This document shows, piece by piece, positions 49,271-58,781 of a stretch of 64,000 bases of DNA; the first letter of the stretch is position 1, and each line of letters starts with the position of its first letter. Source of the DNA: a virus. Its lineage: Duplodnaviria; Caudoviricetes. The notes below the pieces were generated by a model. That model saw nothing but the letters and a program-made list of their open reading frames with translations, did no database searches and was not told the origin of the DNA. A program made the translations under genes and the position numbers. The stretch covers positions 64,001-128,000 of the IMG/VR virus record IMGVR_UViG_3300029288_000080, one strand, 5' to 3'.

Positions 49271-50324
49271 TCAGATTTATGGCAGCGTTGTGATCCCGGT
49301 CGCAGGTGAAACCACACTCAGGACAACAGAACGTCCTGACATTAAGGCCCAGTTTTTCCACCACGTGGCCACATTGGCTGCACCGCTTTGACGAAGGGAA
49401 CCAACGGTCCGCCACCACGACCTTGGTTCCATACAGTGGGGCTTTGTACTCCAGTTGACGCCGCAGTTCGCCCCAACCTTCATCATGGATTGCCCTGGCC
49501 AATTTGTGGTTCTTGACCATGCCCTTCACATACAAATCCTCGATCACGACCGTTTGGTTTTCGCGGCAGATCCGAGTAGTTGTTTTGTGAAGAAAATCGT
49601 TCCTGCTCCAGGCGATTTTGCGGTGAAGCCGGGCCAACGCCATCTGGGCTTTCTTGCTGTTCCTGGATCCCTTCTGTTTACGGCTGAACCGCCGTTGTTT
49701 CCTCTTCAGTTTCTCTTGGGCTTTTCTCAGGGCCTTGGGCCCCTGGATCTGTTCTCCGGTTGACAACGTTGCGGTAGTCTTGATCCCAAGGTCAACCCCG
49801 ATGGTGCCATCCGCTACCCTGGCTCGCTCAGAATGCTCGACATCAATCTGTACAGACAAAAACCAAGCGTCAGCAACACGTTTGACCACCGCCCCCATGA
49901 TCTTGCCGACGAAGCGTAATGGCTCGCGAGTCTTTACCCAGCCCAACACCGGGATCCTGACGCGGGTGCCATCCAGGCTGAATTTATCGTTGGCCATGTA
50001 AAACGAGTCATGTTGACCCTTCCGCTTGAGTTTAGGATACTGTGACACACCTTTATGCAATCTGGTGAATGCGTTTTGCACATTATGAAACGGTTGCGCG
50101 GTGCAGTCACGATGAACGTCATATGTCCATGGAAACTGTTCTCCACGAATGGTATTAAAGCTTGCGCGTAGTTTTCTACCACTGGGTTTTTCACCTGCTT
50201 GATGCAGTCTGGTCCACTCGGCCAGCGCCCAGTTGTAGGTGAAACGGGCCACCCCGCAGGCCCGAGCAAAATATTGCTCCTGCTTGACGGTGGGGACTAA
50301 GCGTATGGAGTGCGCCAAGATCAT
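49137..50324 (-). CDS. tnpB: TnpB-family RNA-guided endonuclease (solo, antisense in the tail operon)
   Basis: IGVDLGIK, VIEDLYV, CSQCG..CPEC, DRDHNAAIN; RuvC D/E/D intact. Confidence 0.93.
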   Translation of the reverse strand: MILAHSIRLVPTVKQEQYFARACGVARFTYNWALAEWTRLHQAGEKPSGRKLRASFNTIRGEQFPWTYDVHRDCTAQPFHNVQNAFTRLHKGVSQYPKLKRKGQHDSFYMANDKFSLDGTRVRIPVLGWVKTREPLRFVGKIMGAVVKRVADAWFLSVQIDVEHSERARVADGTIGVDLGIKTTATLSTGEQIQGPKALRKAQEKLKRKQRRFSRKQKGSRNSKKAQMALARLHRKIAWSRNDFLHKTTTRICRENQTVVIEDLYVKGMVKNHKLARAIHDEGWGELRRQLEYKAPLYGTKVVVADRWFPSSKRCSQCGHVVEKLGLNVRTFCCPECGFTCDRDHNAAINLKQIGWATPESTPAEMGALTNLSRLVKLPSLKQEFHRGHLCSQGK

Positions 50325-50458
50325 GAACTAGTATTTTACCCTTGTCTAAAGATTTAATATTAAAAATAAAAGCAGCGACACAGAGCGGTAAAACACTCTT
50401 GCTGAACCAAGATTTTTCAGTGACCTCTACGGATGTCACAGAAACAGCAGGTGTCGCC

Positions 50459-51286
50459 ATGCCCACGTTTCGCCGGATCGATCAACAAGGTGAACGTGCG
50501 GCCCAGTTGCTCCGCTTGGCCACCCGCCTGATTCTTCGATCCCTTCCATCGCCTTCCAGCACCACGGTCGATAATGTGGTCCGCACCCTGGTGAAAGCCT
50601 ATGGAGTGATGCCGTTGCAACGGATCTCCATGGCCAAGGAAGCGATTGAAAAGGCCCAGGTGACCAGAAGGGCCGAAACCCTCCGGGCAGTCCACGTGAT
50701 GCTCGAGCAGGTCCTCCAGGATCTCGGGCAGTACCGGGTCCAGCCCACCGTGGTGCCACAAGAGCCAGACGTACTGGCCAGTTGGCTCCAGGCCGTTGGG
50801 GACAAGGGTTGGCGTGTCGCCGTCAAGGCCCCGGAGGAACCGGACGACTTGGCCGACGGGTTTGAACTGTCGGCCCAGTACCTTGATTCCATCGTGGTGA
50901 AGGTGTCGGCCCTGCTGGCCCAAGATCAGCAGTATGGAACGGTAGAGTTGCCCTGTATCCTGATGCAGGGCTACGCGATCCCGAAACAGACACTCCAGGA
51001 TTGGTCCGCGGCACCCAAGCGGTTGAACATCACGATCGTGTACGGCCAGTACATTGCGGTCCAGCCGGTCAAGTGTATCGGGGTCCACGCCGATTTATTG
51101 GAAATGCGCGGTGGCGGTTTGGCACTTTCCCGCGTCAACGACATCGCTGCTGTTAGCAACGTCACGGCCGCGGATGTAGTGCCGGCTCCCCGGCGCGTTG
51201 GCAACCATTATTACTGCCCGGTGTTTGACGCCCGTGACGAGCAACGGCGGCATTTCATGCAGTGGCACCCGCTGGTCCAGCGGTAA
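50459..51286 (+). CDS. hypothetical protein
   Basis: AGGTG RBS, ATG 50459; GC-rich coding pattern resumes. Confidence 0.65.
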   Translation: MPTFRRIDQQGERAAQLLRLATRLILRSLPSPSSTTVDNVVRTLVKAYGVMPLQRISMAKEAIEKAQVTRRAETLRAVHVMLEQVLQDLGQYRVQPTVVPQEPDVLASWLQAVGDKGWRVAVKAPEEPDDLADGFELSAQYLDSIVVKVSALLAQDQQYGTVELPCILMQGYAIPKQTLQDWSAAPKRLNITIVYGQYIAVQPVKCIGVHADLLEMRGGGLALSRVNDIAAVSNVTAADVVPAPRRVGNHYYCPVFDARDEQRRHFMQWHPLVQR

Positions 51287-51294
51287 AGGAAACC

Positions 51295-52362
51295 ATGGCT
51301 CAGAAAACTGGTATCAGGCTCCCGATCAATCCGCCGCTCAATAACCCGGCTCCGGTGCCCCAGCAGGACCCGGGGCAACTGGATGAGCGGCGACTCCGGC
51401 AAGTGTCGGTGGCCGACTTGGTTAACCAACACACCCAAGCGACCGGAACCGATTTGTTCGGGCAGTCAAATGACCCGGACCATATCGCTCAGGATTTTCA
51501 ACAGGACGTCGCGGCGATCCAGCCCGACGCCACGACCATCATGGGGGACCCCACTGCTCCGCCGCCCACTGGCCCCGCTGTTACCCCAGGGGTTGCCCCG
51601 GAGCCCAGTGCCCCGGCCCCACAGGATCGTGACGACGCCGCCACCATGCTGAACCTCCTGTCCGACGAGATCGTCCGGGCCAGGCGGGCGGGCAACGAAG
51701 AAATCGCCCAGCAGCTCCACGACGTGTTCATGCGGCTCAACAACGATGCCGCGACGCTACAGCGGGTCCACCGGGTTAAACAGGTCAACCCCGTGTTGGC
51801 CAAGCTCAAGGCCAACCTGGGGCTGGAGAAAATCCAGCCGGTGGAAGTCCCCTGGGCTGAGTTCACTTGGCGGTTTGCCGCGATCCCCGCGGCTCTGGAC
51901 CGTTGGGTCGCCATGATGGCGGCGTCGGTTGGCGTGGACTACTGGTCGGTCTTGAAATTAGCGGCGGGGCTCGTCGCGATCGACAAGGAACCCCTGTGGA
52001 AGGTGTTCAACATTGACCTGTCGGCTGACTACAAAAACGAGAAGGACGGCACTACCACAACGATCCCCCGGTACATCAAGCTCTGTGGTGTCTGCGGGGC
52101 CGACGTGCACCTGGAGGAAATGCTGGACCAGTGTCCTGCTTGTGGAGCCTTGCTGGACCCCTACGACGTGCCCCTTGGCCTCAGGGCCAAGTACGCGGAG
52201 GCAGCATACGGATTTTTCCAGGATTCCTTTGGCCCTTACGAAAATCTACAGGACCTTTTTGTCCTGACCCAGGCGGCGATGCCGGACCGCTATAATCAGC
52301 GGGCCGACCTCTACCCTTTTCTCAGACTGTCGAGGCAGCCGAACGACTCGACCCCCACCTGA
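51295..52362 (+). CDS. tail assembly chaperone (gpG-like) with zinc ribbon
   Basis: Between tube and TMP; CGVC..CPAC; slippery heptamer near the 3' end. Confidence 0.7.
   Translation: MAQKTGIRLPINPPLNNPAPVPQQDPGQLDERRLRQVSVADLVNQHTQATGTDLFGQSNDPDHIAQDFQQDVAAIQPDATTIMGDPTAPPPTGPAVTPGVAPEPSAPAPQDRDDAATMLNLLSDEIVRARRAGNEEIAQQLHDVFMRLNNDAATLQRVHRVKQVNPVLAKLKANLGLEKIQPVEVPWAEFTWRFAAIPAALDRWVAMMAASVGVDYWSVLKLAAGLVAIDKEPLWKVFNIDLSADYKNEKDGTTTTIPRYIKLCGVCGADVHLEEMLDQCPACGALLDPYDVPLGLRAKYAEAAYGFFQDSFGPYENLQDLFVLTQAAMPDRYNQRADLYPFLRLSRQPNDSTPT
52314..52320 (+). other. programmed -1 ribosomal frameshift site C CCT TTT
   Basis: In-frame X XXY YYZ; the -1 frame is open from 52320 into ORF 52389-52814. 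Confidence 0.8.
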
Positions 52363-52814
52363 AAATCTGGCGGCGGGTTTGTGGGCGATTGAGGTTGTCA
52401 CCGCTCAACCCTGAGGCGCAGCAGCTGTACCACAACCACACGGCCTTGATGTGGTGTGATCACCAGATGGCCCAGGACCAGAGCGACGAATTTGACCGGC
52501 TCGGTACCTTGTTGGGGACCCGGTGGACCAAAGACCAGGTCGCCACGATGTTCCAAAAGGGCAAGGGGAAAGCCACGCCCGACACCGTCATGATCCCCCT
52601 GGCCTTCATCGTGCAGCCGGAATTCCAGGAGGCCCTGAAGTCTATCTGGGGCACCTCGCTGCACAAACCCCGGTGGGTCGGGGACACCTCCGAGGTTGTG
52701 GAAGCCTCAACCTTGCCGAAGGAACAGTTCCTGGCCATGACGGCCGCGTCGAGCATCGCGGCCAAGGTCCAGCAGCTCAGGATGCAGCGTAACAACACCC
52801 CTGGCTCAAAATAA
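52320..52814 (+). CDS. tail assembly chaperone frameshift extension (gpT-like)
   Basis: No good independent start or RBS; reachable by -1 shift; directly precedes the TMP. Confidence 0.7.
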   Translation, partial: SQTVEAAERLDPHLKIWRRVCGRLRLSPLNPEAQQLYHNHTALMWCDHQMAQDQSDEFDRLGTLLGTRWTKDQVATMFQKGKGKATPDTVMIPLAFIVQPEFQEALKSIWGTSLHKPRWVGDTSEVVEASTLPKEQFLAMTAASSIAAKVQQLRMQRNNTPGSK

Positions 52815-52826
52815 AGGGTAGACATT

Positions 52827-55628
52827 ATGGCGAACAATCTTCCGGGCGGACCTCCTGTAAGTCCTGGTGGACCTGCTGCCGCGGTTCCAGCGAACCCCCT
52901 GGTCCAGACGCCCACGACCACCGTTCCGGTCAACACCGCAGCAATCAACACCAACACGGCCGCGATCCAACAGAACACCGGGGCGATCAACGAGAACGCC
53001 GATGCCACGGGCCGCTGGACACGACTCCAGGAGGACCAACGCAAGACGTTCCGTGATTTCCTGAAAGAGGAAGTCGAAGGGATGCGCCAGGCTGCCGCGG
53101 CAGCCGGGGATTATCGACGGTACATCTCGGAAGTCACGGGGGCATTTAGCGGGATGGCGGCCAAGATGAAGGAGCAGACCTCCCTCTCGACCATCTACAA
53201 CAATGCCCTGGGTCAACTATCCGAGGGAACCAAGTCCTATACAGCATCCCTCCAAGCCAACACCGGGGCCATCGGGGACGCTACCCAGCAGTCAACGGCG
53301 TTTGTCACGGGGCTCCAGGCCGCCCAGGCGCAGTCACACGAGTTGGCCGCGCGCTACAACATGGACGCCGGGGCAATCGCGAAAGCCGGGGAGACCGCGA
53401 CCCAGATGTTCGCGACTCAGTTGGGGGCCATCGGGGATGTATCGGGAGGGATCAAAAGTCTGCAAAAAGAGTCGGTCATCTTCTCGCGGTTTTTCGGCAC
53501 CGACATGACCGCCGTGATGCAGCACTGGCAGGAGCGCATGGAGCACTCCAACATGACCCTCACGGAGGCCAAGGACGAGACTGCCCTGCTGGCCAAGGTG
53601 GCGGACCAGTATGCAATTTCGCTGGGTAAACTGGGCGACAAAATGCTCCAGACGGCCCAACTGGGTAAAAAAGAATTCCTCGAGATGGCCAAGCAGATCA
53701 ATCAGGAGTTTCGCCTGGGGGTCCCGAATGTCGTGGCCTACACGGCCGCGATGGCCAAGATGTCGTTGGAGGCAGCGAAAAAGGGTTCCACCAAGATCGA
53801 GCAGGCGACGACCAGCCAGGGTCTCTTGAAACTCATGAACGAGATGACGTCCACGGAAGGCCAGTGGGGCGTCATGGCGTTCAACGCGGCACAAAAATCC
53901 TGGCAGCAGTTCAACACGGCCCCCGAGACCATGTCGAAAGAGGCGCGGTCTCGCCTGGAAGGTCGCAGGGGCCAGATTGAGGCGGCGTCGGGTAGCACGG
54001 TCGTGCAGGCCGGGCTCATCACCGAGGCCATGAAGGGTACGTCTGACCTGGCCATCAGCGCTCTCAAGAGCATGAAGGAAAAGGCTGGCGGCGACCAGGT
54101 GGCCCTGACCGCGATGCTGCGGCCCATCGTCGGGTCCATGACGGCCGCTGCGGACATTGCCGAAGGGCTGAACACCGGGTCAATCGAAGAGGTATTTGAG
54201 AAACACAAGGAAGCCCTGATGGGCGAGGCCGAAAAACAAAAGACCGCTACCGAAAAGCTCGTGACTGCTGGGGCCAAGACCAATTCCACGCTGCATTCCA
54301 TGGCCAAGGACATCAACTCAATCTACCACTGGATGATCGGGATGGCGGTCGGAAGCCCAGTCATGACGGCGCTCAGCACTGTAATTGGGGGTGCGGTCAT
54401 GAATAAGGTATTGGGCAGCACCATTGCGGCGCTTGGGCCCAAAATCTTGGCCACAGCGGCACCGACCGCATTGTCTACCGTAGCCCCAGCGGCGTTGTCC
54501 ACCGGGGTGTCAGCTGCTGGCGGTGCTGCGGCCATCAAGACCGCGTTGGCTGGCGGTGCCGCAGCCGCTAAAGCCACTGCGCTCGCAGTGGCGCCGGCAG
54601 TTTTGCCGACTCTCTTGGTAGCTGCGGCAGCCTACAGTGGATACAAATATCTTGGGGCCAAAGACGAAGCTAAAAAACTAAGTAAAGGTGGCCGGAAAGT
54701 CGATACTTGGGACGTACTGGCCAACCAGATCAATAATGTTTTGGGTGGTGGTGGTGGGTGGCACGCCCGTGAATTCGTCTCGTCAATGACGTTCAAGGAA
54801 CTGGCCGCCCAGAAAAAGAAAATAGCGCAGATGGAGAAGGAGATCAAAGATAAGGAAACCAACGGCAAAGCCCTGACCGAGGCAGAAAAACAGGAAATTA
54901 TCCTTAAAAAGCGAAAGTTGGAAGCCGAGAAAGCCAAGATCGCCGCGATCGTGGCCGAGGAGAAAAAGATCAAACCCTTCACCGACAAGGAACTGGCCGA
55001 GCGCCAGCTCGCGGTCATTAAACACGTAGCCGGCCGGGTTGCCTCGGGGGCCAACGTTGGGGGCCGAGGGGCAATGGGCAGCGCGATGCTCGGGATGGCC
55101 GAAGACTCGGCCAGTATGGCCAAGGAGTTGGTCGGGAGTCTGGGCCTGGGGGTTGGCAGCATGGACGCGGGTGAAACCCTCGCGGGATTTTTGCACGGTG
55201 GCTCCCCCGAAGCCGCGGCCTTGATGAAAAAGTTGCAGGCCAAGAGGATTTCTCAGGAGTCATTTGAGTCCGAAGTTGACGATAAGTTGAAGCGGAAGCA
55301 ACTGGAATACGCTGGGGTCGACACCACTGGAATGAACAGGATGAAAATGTACGAGGAGTGGGGTAAAAAGATCACCTATGGGACTTCGGTCACGGGCCTG
55401 ACCCCTGAAATACGAGAAGCAATGTCTCGTGGGTCTGAGAAACGTTATGGGGGCACCGGGATCACCGGGGTGGACCCGTCCAGTGACCTCAGCGAGGTCA
55501 GGAAGAATCCCGACGGATCAGTTGATTTGGTTACGACCATGAAGGTAACGAGCAAACTTTCAGCAGCTGGTGCTGGAATCATCAATGCGGTCGGCGCCTG
55601 GGCCAATAGTGGCGGCGTCGCTGGCTAA
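52827..55628 (+). CDS. tape measure protein
   Basis: 933 aa, helical and Ala-rich, central hydrophobic segments; follows the chaperone pair. Confidence 0.75.
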   Translation: MANNLPGGPPVSPGGPAAAVPANPLVQTPTTTVPVNTAAINTNTAAIQQNTGAINENADATGRWTRLQEDQRKTFRDFLKEEVEGMRQAAAAAGDYRRYISEVTGAFSGMAAKMKEQTSLSTIYNNALGQLSEGTKSYTASLQANTGAIGDATQQSTAFVTGLQAAQAQSHELAARYNMDAGAIAKAGETATQMFATQLGAIGDVSGGIKSLQKESVIFSRFFGTDMTAVMQHWQERMEHSNMTLTEAKDETALLAKVADQYAISLGKLGDKMLQTAQLGKKEFLEMAKQINQEFRLGVPNVVAYTAAMAKMSLEAAKKGSTKIEQATTSQGLLKLMNEMTSTEGQWGVMAFNAAQKSWQQFNTAPETMSKEARSRLEGRRGQIEAASGSTVVQAGLITEAMKGTSDLAISALKSMKEKAGGDQVALTAMLRPIVGSMTAAADIAEGLNTGSIEEVFEKHKEALMGEAEKQKTATEKLVTAGAKTNSTLHSMAKDINSIYHWMIGMAVGSPVMTALSTVIGGAVMNKVLGSTIAALGPKILATAAPTALSTVAPAALSTGVSAAGGAAAIKTALAGGAAAAKATALAVAPAVLPTLLVAAAAYSGYKYLGAKDEAKKLSKGGRKVDTWDVLANQINNVLGGGGGWHAREFVSSMTFKELAAQKKKIAQMEKEIKDKETNGKALTEAEKQEIILKKRKLEAEKAKIAAIVAEEKKIKPFTDKELAERQLAVIKHVAGRVASGANVGGRGAMGSAMLGMAEDSASMAKELVGSLGLGVGSMDAGETLAGFLHGGSPEAAALMKKLQAKRISQESFESEVDDKLKRKQLEYAGVDTTGMNRMKMYEEWGKKITYGTSVTGLTPEIREAMSRGSEKRYGGTGITGVDPSSDLSEVRKNPDGSVDLVTTMKVTSKLSAAGAGIINAVGAWANSGGVAG

Positions 55629-55642
55629 CCAAGGAGATCAAA

Positions 55643-55870
55643 ATGTCCAAGAAGCTTCAACAGTCAATTCAGAGCGGTGTCGTGAAAGTGCGGAACTGCA
55701 CCGCAGGGGTCGTGGCCATCACGATCGCGACTCCAGCGGGCACCCCGGTGGTCCTGCACCTGACCGCCAATACCACGATGGAGTTGGCCCCCAAGCACAC
55801 CACCGCCGAAATGGTCCAGCATGGAAATCTTGGGGACCTGATCAACCGGGGTCACGTCGCGGTGGTCTAA
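55643..55870 (+). CDS. small hypothetical protein
   Basis: AAGGAG RBS. Confidence 0.7.
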   Translation: MSKKLQQSIQSGVVKVRNCTAGVVAITIATPAGTPVVLHLTANTTMELAPKHTTAEMVQHGNLGDLINRGHVAVV

Positions 55871-55872
55871 CG

Positions 55873-56382
55873 ATGGCCTGCTGCTGTATCCATGACGACC
55901 GGGAAGTCGCAGAAGACCTCCTTGTTGTCCACCACGTTGAACCCCAAGGGTTCGGCGGATTGGACGTGCCGGAAAATCGAGTTTTCCTGTGCGATTATTG
56001 CCACGGGGTACTGCACCGAGCTGAACAGAAAATGGCCCATGGGAAACAGGGCCATGCCGTCGACATGGTTCAGCGGTATCTACCGAACCAGCCGGGGCGA
56101 CAGCAACGGATGCTCCGGCTGATCAACATCGCGGTCACGGCCCGGCAAAATCAGCAACACAGCGGCGAGGTCCCCGAGGCCGGTGAAACCGCCGAGACCA
56201 TCGTGATGTCGTTGGAAATACCCCGTTGGCTCCACCACCGGCTCAAAACCTTGGCCCTGGGGAAAATGGGGCTCTACCGCTACTGCGCTACCATCCTGGA
56301 ACACCACGCCAACGCGGCGGTGTCGGGCCGCCCTGTTGATCCTCCTGCCCCTAAATCCATCCAGCTGATCAAGCCTCGCTAA
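55873..56382 (+). CDS. HNH endonuclease with C-terminal RHH-like segment
   Basis: VHHVEP..GG....N...LCDYCH...H; MSLEIPRWLHHRLK. Confidence 0.75.
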   Translation: MACCCIHDDREVAEDLLVVHHVEPQGFGGLDVPENRVFLCDYCHGVLHRAEQKMAHGKQGHAVDMVQRYLPNQPGRQQRMLRLINIAVTARQNQQHSGEVPEAGETAETIVMSLEIPRWLHHRLKTLALGKMGLYRYCATILEHHANAAVSGRPVDPPAPKSIQLIKPR

Positions 56383-56388
56383 CAACGA

Positions 56389-56967
56389 TTAAAGACAAGG
56401 TAGCAACTCTGGGTCAGTCCACGGATTATTTATTTCCGTGACCAGGCGGGTGAGTTCTGCCCGGTACAACTTCAGGTTAGGGGTGACCAAAATGTAGTGG
56501 GGGCCTTGGATCACGGCCCTGACGTTGCAGACGCACGGGCAGGCGTCGGTAGGGTACTCGACATACTCGCATTCAGGCGGGACCACCAAGCCCTTGGACC
56601 GGCAGGCCACAGGGTTCACGACCGACGGGATCAGTTGTTCGCCCGAGCAAACAGAGGTGTACCAGGTATCGGGTACCACCACGACAAAACCGTCGCGATT
56701 AATCCCAGGCCAGCCAACTTCCCCGAGGCACTGCTCCAGCAGGTTGGTCTCGAGATCAACTTCAAACAGAAACTCATCGTCGGCAGGGAGGTCTTCTCGG
56801 ATCACCGAGATGCCGCCCGGTGTCTTCTGAGCCAGAGAATCGTCAGGACGGTAGTGCGTGACGTCCAAAAACAGGTCAAAATTGTAGTGGTCGTTGGGGC
56901 AAGATAGCAAAATCACTATTAAAACCACCATGCCCAAACGCCAAGGTAACCGGGTAGTCCGGGTCAT
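56389..56967 (-). CDS. Cys-rich putative lipoprotein
   Basis: Hydrophobic VVLIVILLS-C lipobox-like segment; GAGGTG RBS. Confidence 0.65.
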   Translation of the reverse strand: MTRTTRLPWRLGMVVLIVILLSCPNDHYNFDLFLDVTHYRPDDSLAQKTPGGISVIREDLPADDEFLFEVDLETNLLEQCLGEVGWPGINRDGFVVVVPDTWYTSVCSGEQLIPSVVNPVACRSKGLVVPPECEYVEYPTDACPCVCNVRAVIQGPHYILVTPNLKLYRAELTRLVTEINNPWTDPELLPCL

Positions 56968-56983
56968 TACAACACCTCACCTT

Positions 56984-57001
56984 CTACTATAGATTAACGC
57001 A
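56984..57001 (-). promoter_or_regulatory. putative phage late promoter (minus strand)
   Basis: Reverse complement TGCGTTAATCTATAGTAG, oriented toward 56967. Confidence 0.65.
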
Positions 57002-57087
57002 AGGTCATTATTTTCACGATCTTGCTTGACGTTGTCGTTCCACGCGGTAAAATGGCTGTAGACCATGATGGTCATGAGGCAAGCATA

Positions 57088-57432
57088 ATGTCCGCTGCTC
57101 CTGGTAATGGTGTCACGACTCTTTCGGTACGGCTTCCCGACGCTGTGCTGGACAAAATTCGCGTCCTGATCGCCGCCCACGGTGAAACCGCCACGTCCTT
57201 TATAGAACGGTCGGTCGGCCGACTGGTCGAGGAGGTCAAGACCGGCAATCTAGATGTCAGGCGACCTCTGAAAGCCTGGTGGGACCGGAGTCACCGGACC
57301 ATGTGGACCGTCCGGATCCCCACGGGACTAAAAAAGGAATCCGAGACCCTAAAGCACCGGATTGCGTCCAGCATGACCAACTGGATCATGCTGGCGGCGA
57401 TCCGTGAGCTGGAGGAGACCCAGGACGAGTAG
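57088..57432 (+). CDS. tandem ribbon-helix-helix DNA-binding protein
   Basis: TLSVRLPDAVLDKI..SFIERSV and WTVRIPTGLKKE..NWIMLAA; TTGACG-16-TAAAAT upstream. Confidence 0.7.
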   Translation: MSAAPGNGVTTLSVRLPDAVLDKIRVLIAAHGETATSFIERSVGRLVEEVKTGNLDVRRPLKAWWDRSHRTMWTVRIPTGLKKESETLKHRIASSMTNWIMLAAIRELEETQDE

Positions 57433-57439
57433 AAAAAGG

Positions 57440-57468
57440 TTGACAAGGTAAACCAACCGAGGTACAAC
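57440..57468 (+). promoter_or_regulatory. sigma70-type promoter
   Basis: TTGACA-17 bp-TACAAC. Confidence 0.55.
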
Positions 57469-57474
57469 ACAGGA

Positions 57475-57663
57475 ATGGCACTGCAGGTTTCACCGGAACA
57501 GCCCAGAACTGTCTGCAGTTGGTGTCGGTGTGTCCTGGACGGTCGCGGGCCTGTTCAACCCGAAGAGGTCGCAACCCTAAGCCACGGGATTTGCCGCCCG
57601 TGCGAAGCAAGATACTTCGGCAATCTACCACAGGAGTCACAAAATGAATCTACAGGATTTTAA
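57475..57663 (+). CDS. small zinc-finger protein
   Basis: VCSWC..SHGICRPC. Confidence 0.7.
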   Translation: MALQVSPEQPRTVCSWCRCVLDGRGPVQPEEVATLSHGICRPCEARYFGNLPQESQNESTGF

Positions 57664-58744
57664 CCGTGATCTTGGCAAGTTGACCGACCGCACCGCTGAC
57701 CCCACCGAGGCGGTCCAGCGGGTGCTCGCGTCATTCGCGGCCGACGCGATGGGCCGCAACCCAGACGTCGACGACGACGGCGAGACCGCAATGGATTTTG
57801 TCAGTTTCATGATGGTGTTGCTTCAGAGCGACGCCGTCATCAATCTCCCGACGTACCGGCGCCGGCGGGTCGCGACCGTCAATCCCGACGAGATCGTGGT
57901 GTCGGCGGCCAACCGGCACGGCCGCGTCCTGGGGCTTACGTCAAACCAGCACGTCTGGTCCATGGGGGTCAACATCAACGACGCCAACGTCATGACCGCC
58001 ACGACCGTTGGGGCATCCAGGACTTTCCTGTTCCAGGACATCACGGGTGAGTGGTACGACGAGTGGAGCGGAATCGACTTCCGGACCGACAACTTCCCCG
58101 AGAAGCTCCGGACCGCGTTCGCGGCCAGTGAGATCAAGTTCACCGAGATGGTGTCGAGAAACCGCGGGGCTGGTGTCTACGGGCGCCGTTTCATCCTGGC
58201 CAAGGCGGCGATCACCCGGCTGGCTGACCGCGACAAATTCCTCAAGGCCGAGGCCAAGCGGTTGGCTCCCCCGGTGGATCCTGCAGCCCCCAAGGCCCCG
58301 TGGTCTGGGCCCAGGAAGGTCGGGACTGGCGAGAAGGTCAAGGTCTGGGCGTTCAACTGCTTCGTGGATACCTCGCTGACCGGCGACTACACCCCGATGG
58401 GGTCGCTCGAGGAGGTCCAGCGGGAACGCCACCGACTCCGCCAGAACATCCAGACCCTCCGGTTTTGCACCAGGGCCACGGAGTTCGGGTTCTGGAAGGA
58501 CCACATCGGTACCACCATCGGGCACGAGGACGCTGATCTGCTCGGTTGGCTCAAGGGCGGCGACCCCACTGCCCTGAAGGTACCGGCTTGGTGTCCGGGC
58601 GAGTGGACCACGGGGGTCAAGGCCCCTGGGGCCAAAACATTCTTCGCAGCTCTGCGGCGTCCCGATGCCCCCACGGTTCGGTGGCGGGCTTGGCGCCAGA
58701 CCGAGGAAGTCGCAGCCCCCATGGACGACAGCACCGGCGAGTAA
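57644..58744 (+). CDS. hypothetical protein
   Basis: AGGAG RBS, 366 aa, strong codon bias. Confidence 0.8.
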   Translation: MNLQDFNRDLGKLTDRTADPTEAVQRVLASFAADAMGRNPDVDDDGETAMDFVSFMMVLLQSDAVINLPTYRRRRVATVNPDEIVVSAANRHGRVLGLTSNQHVWSMGVNINDANVMTATTVGASRTFLFQDITGEWYDEWSGIDFRTDNFPEKLRTAFAASEIKFTEMVSRNRGAGVYGRRFILAKAAITRLADRDKFLKAEAKRLAPPVDPAAPKAPWSGPRKVGTGEKVKVWAFNCFVDTSLTGDYTPMGSLEEVQRERHRLRQNIQTLRFCTRATEFGFWKDHIGTTIGHEDADLLGWLKGGDPTALKVPAWCPGEWTTGVKAPGAKTFFAALRRPDAPTVRWRAWRQTEEVAAPMDDSTGE

Positions 58745-58781
58745 CTCCTAAACCAACACGCAGTCCAGTGAAAGGAAAATC

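Noticed and set aside
49084-49317. Separate ORF overlapping the tnpB 3' end
   Set aside because: Alternate-frame reading of the omega-RNA scaffold region.
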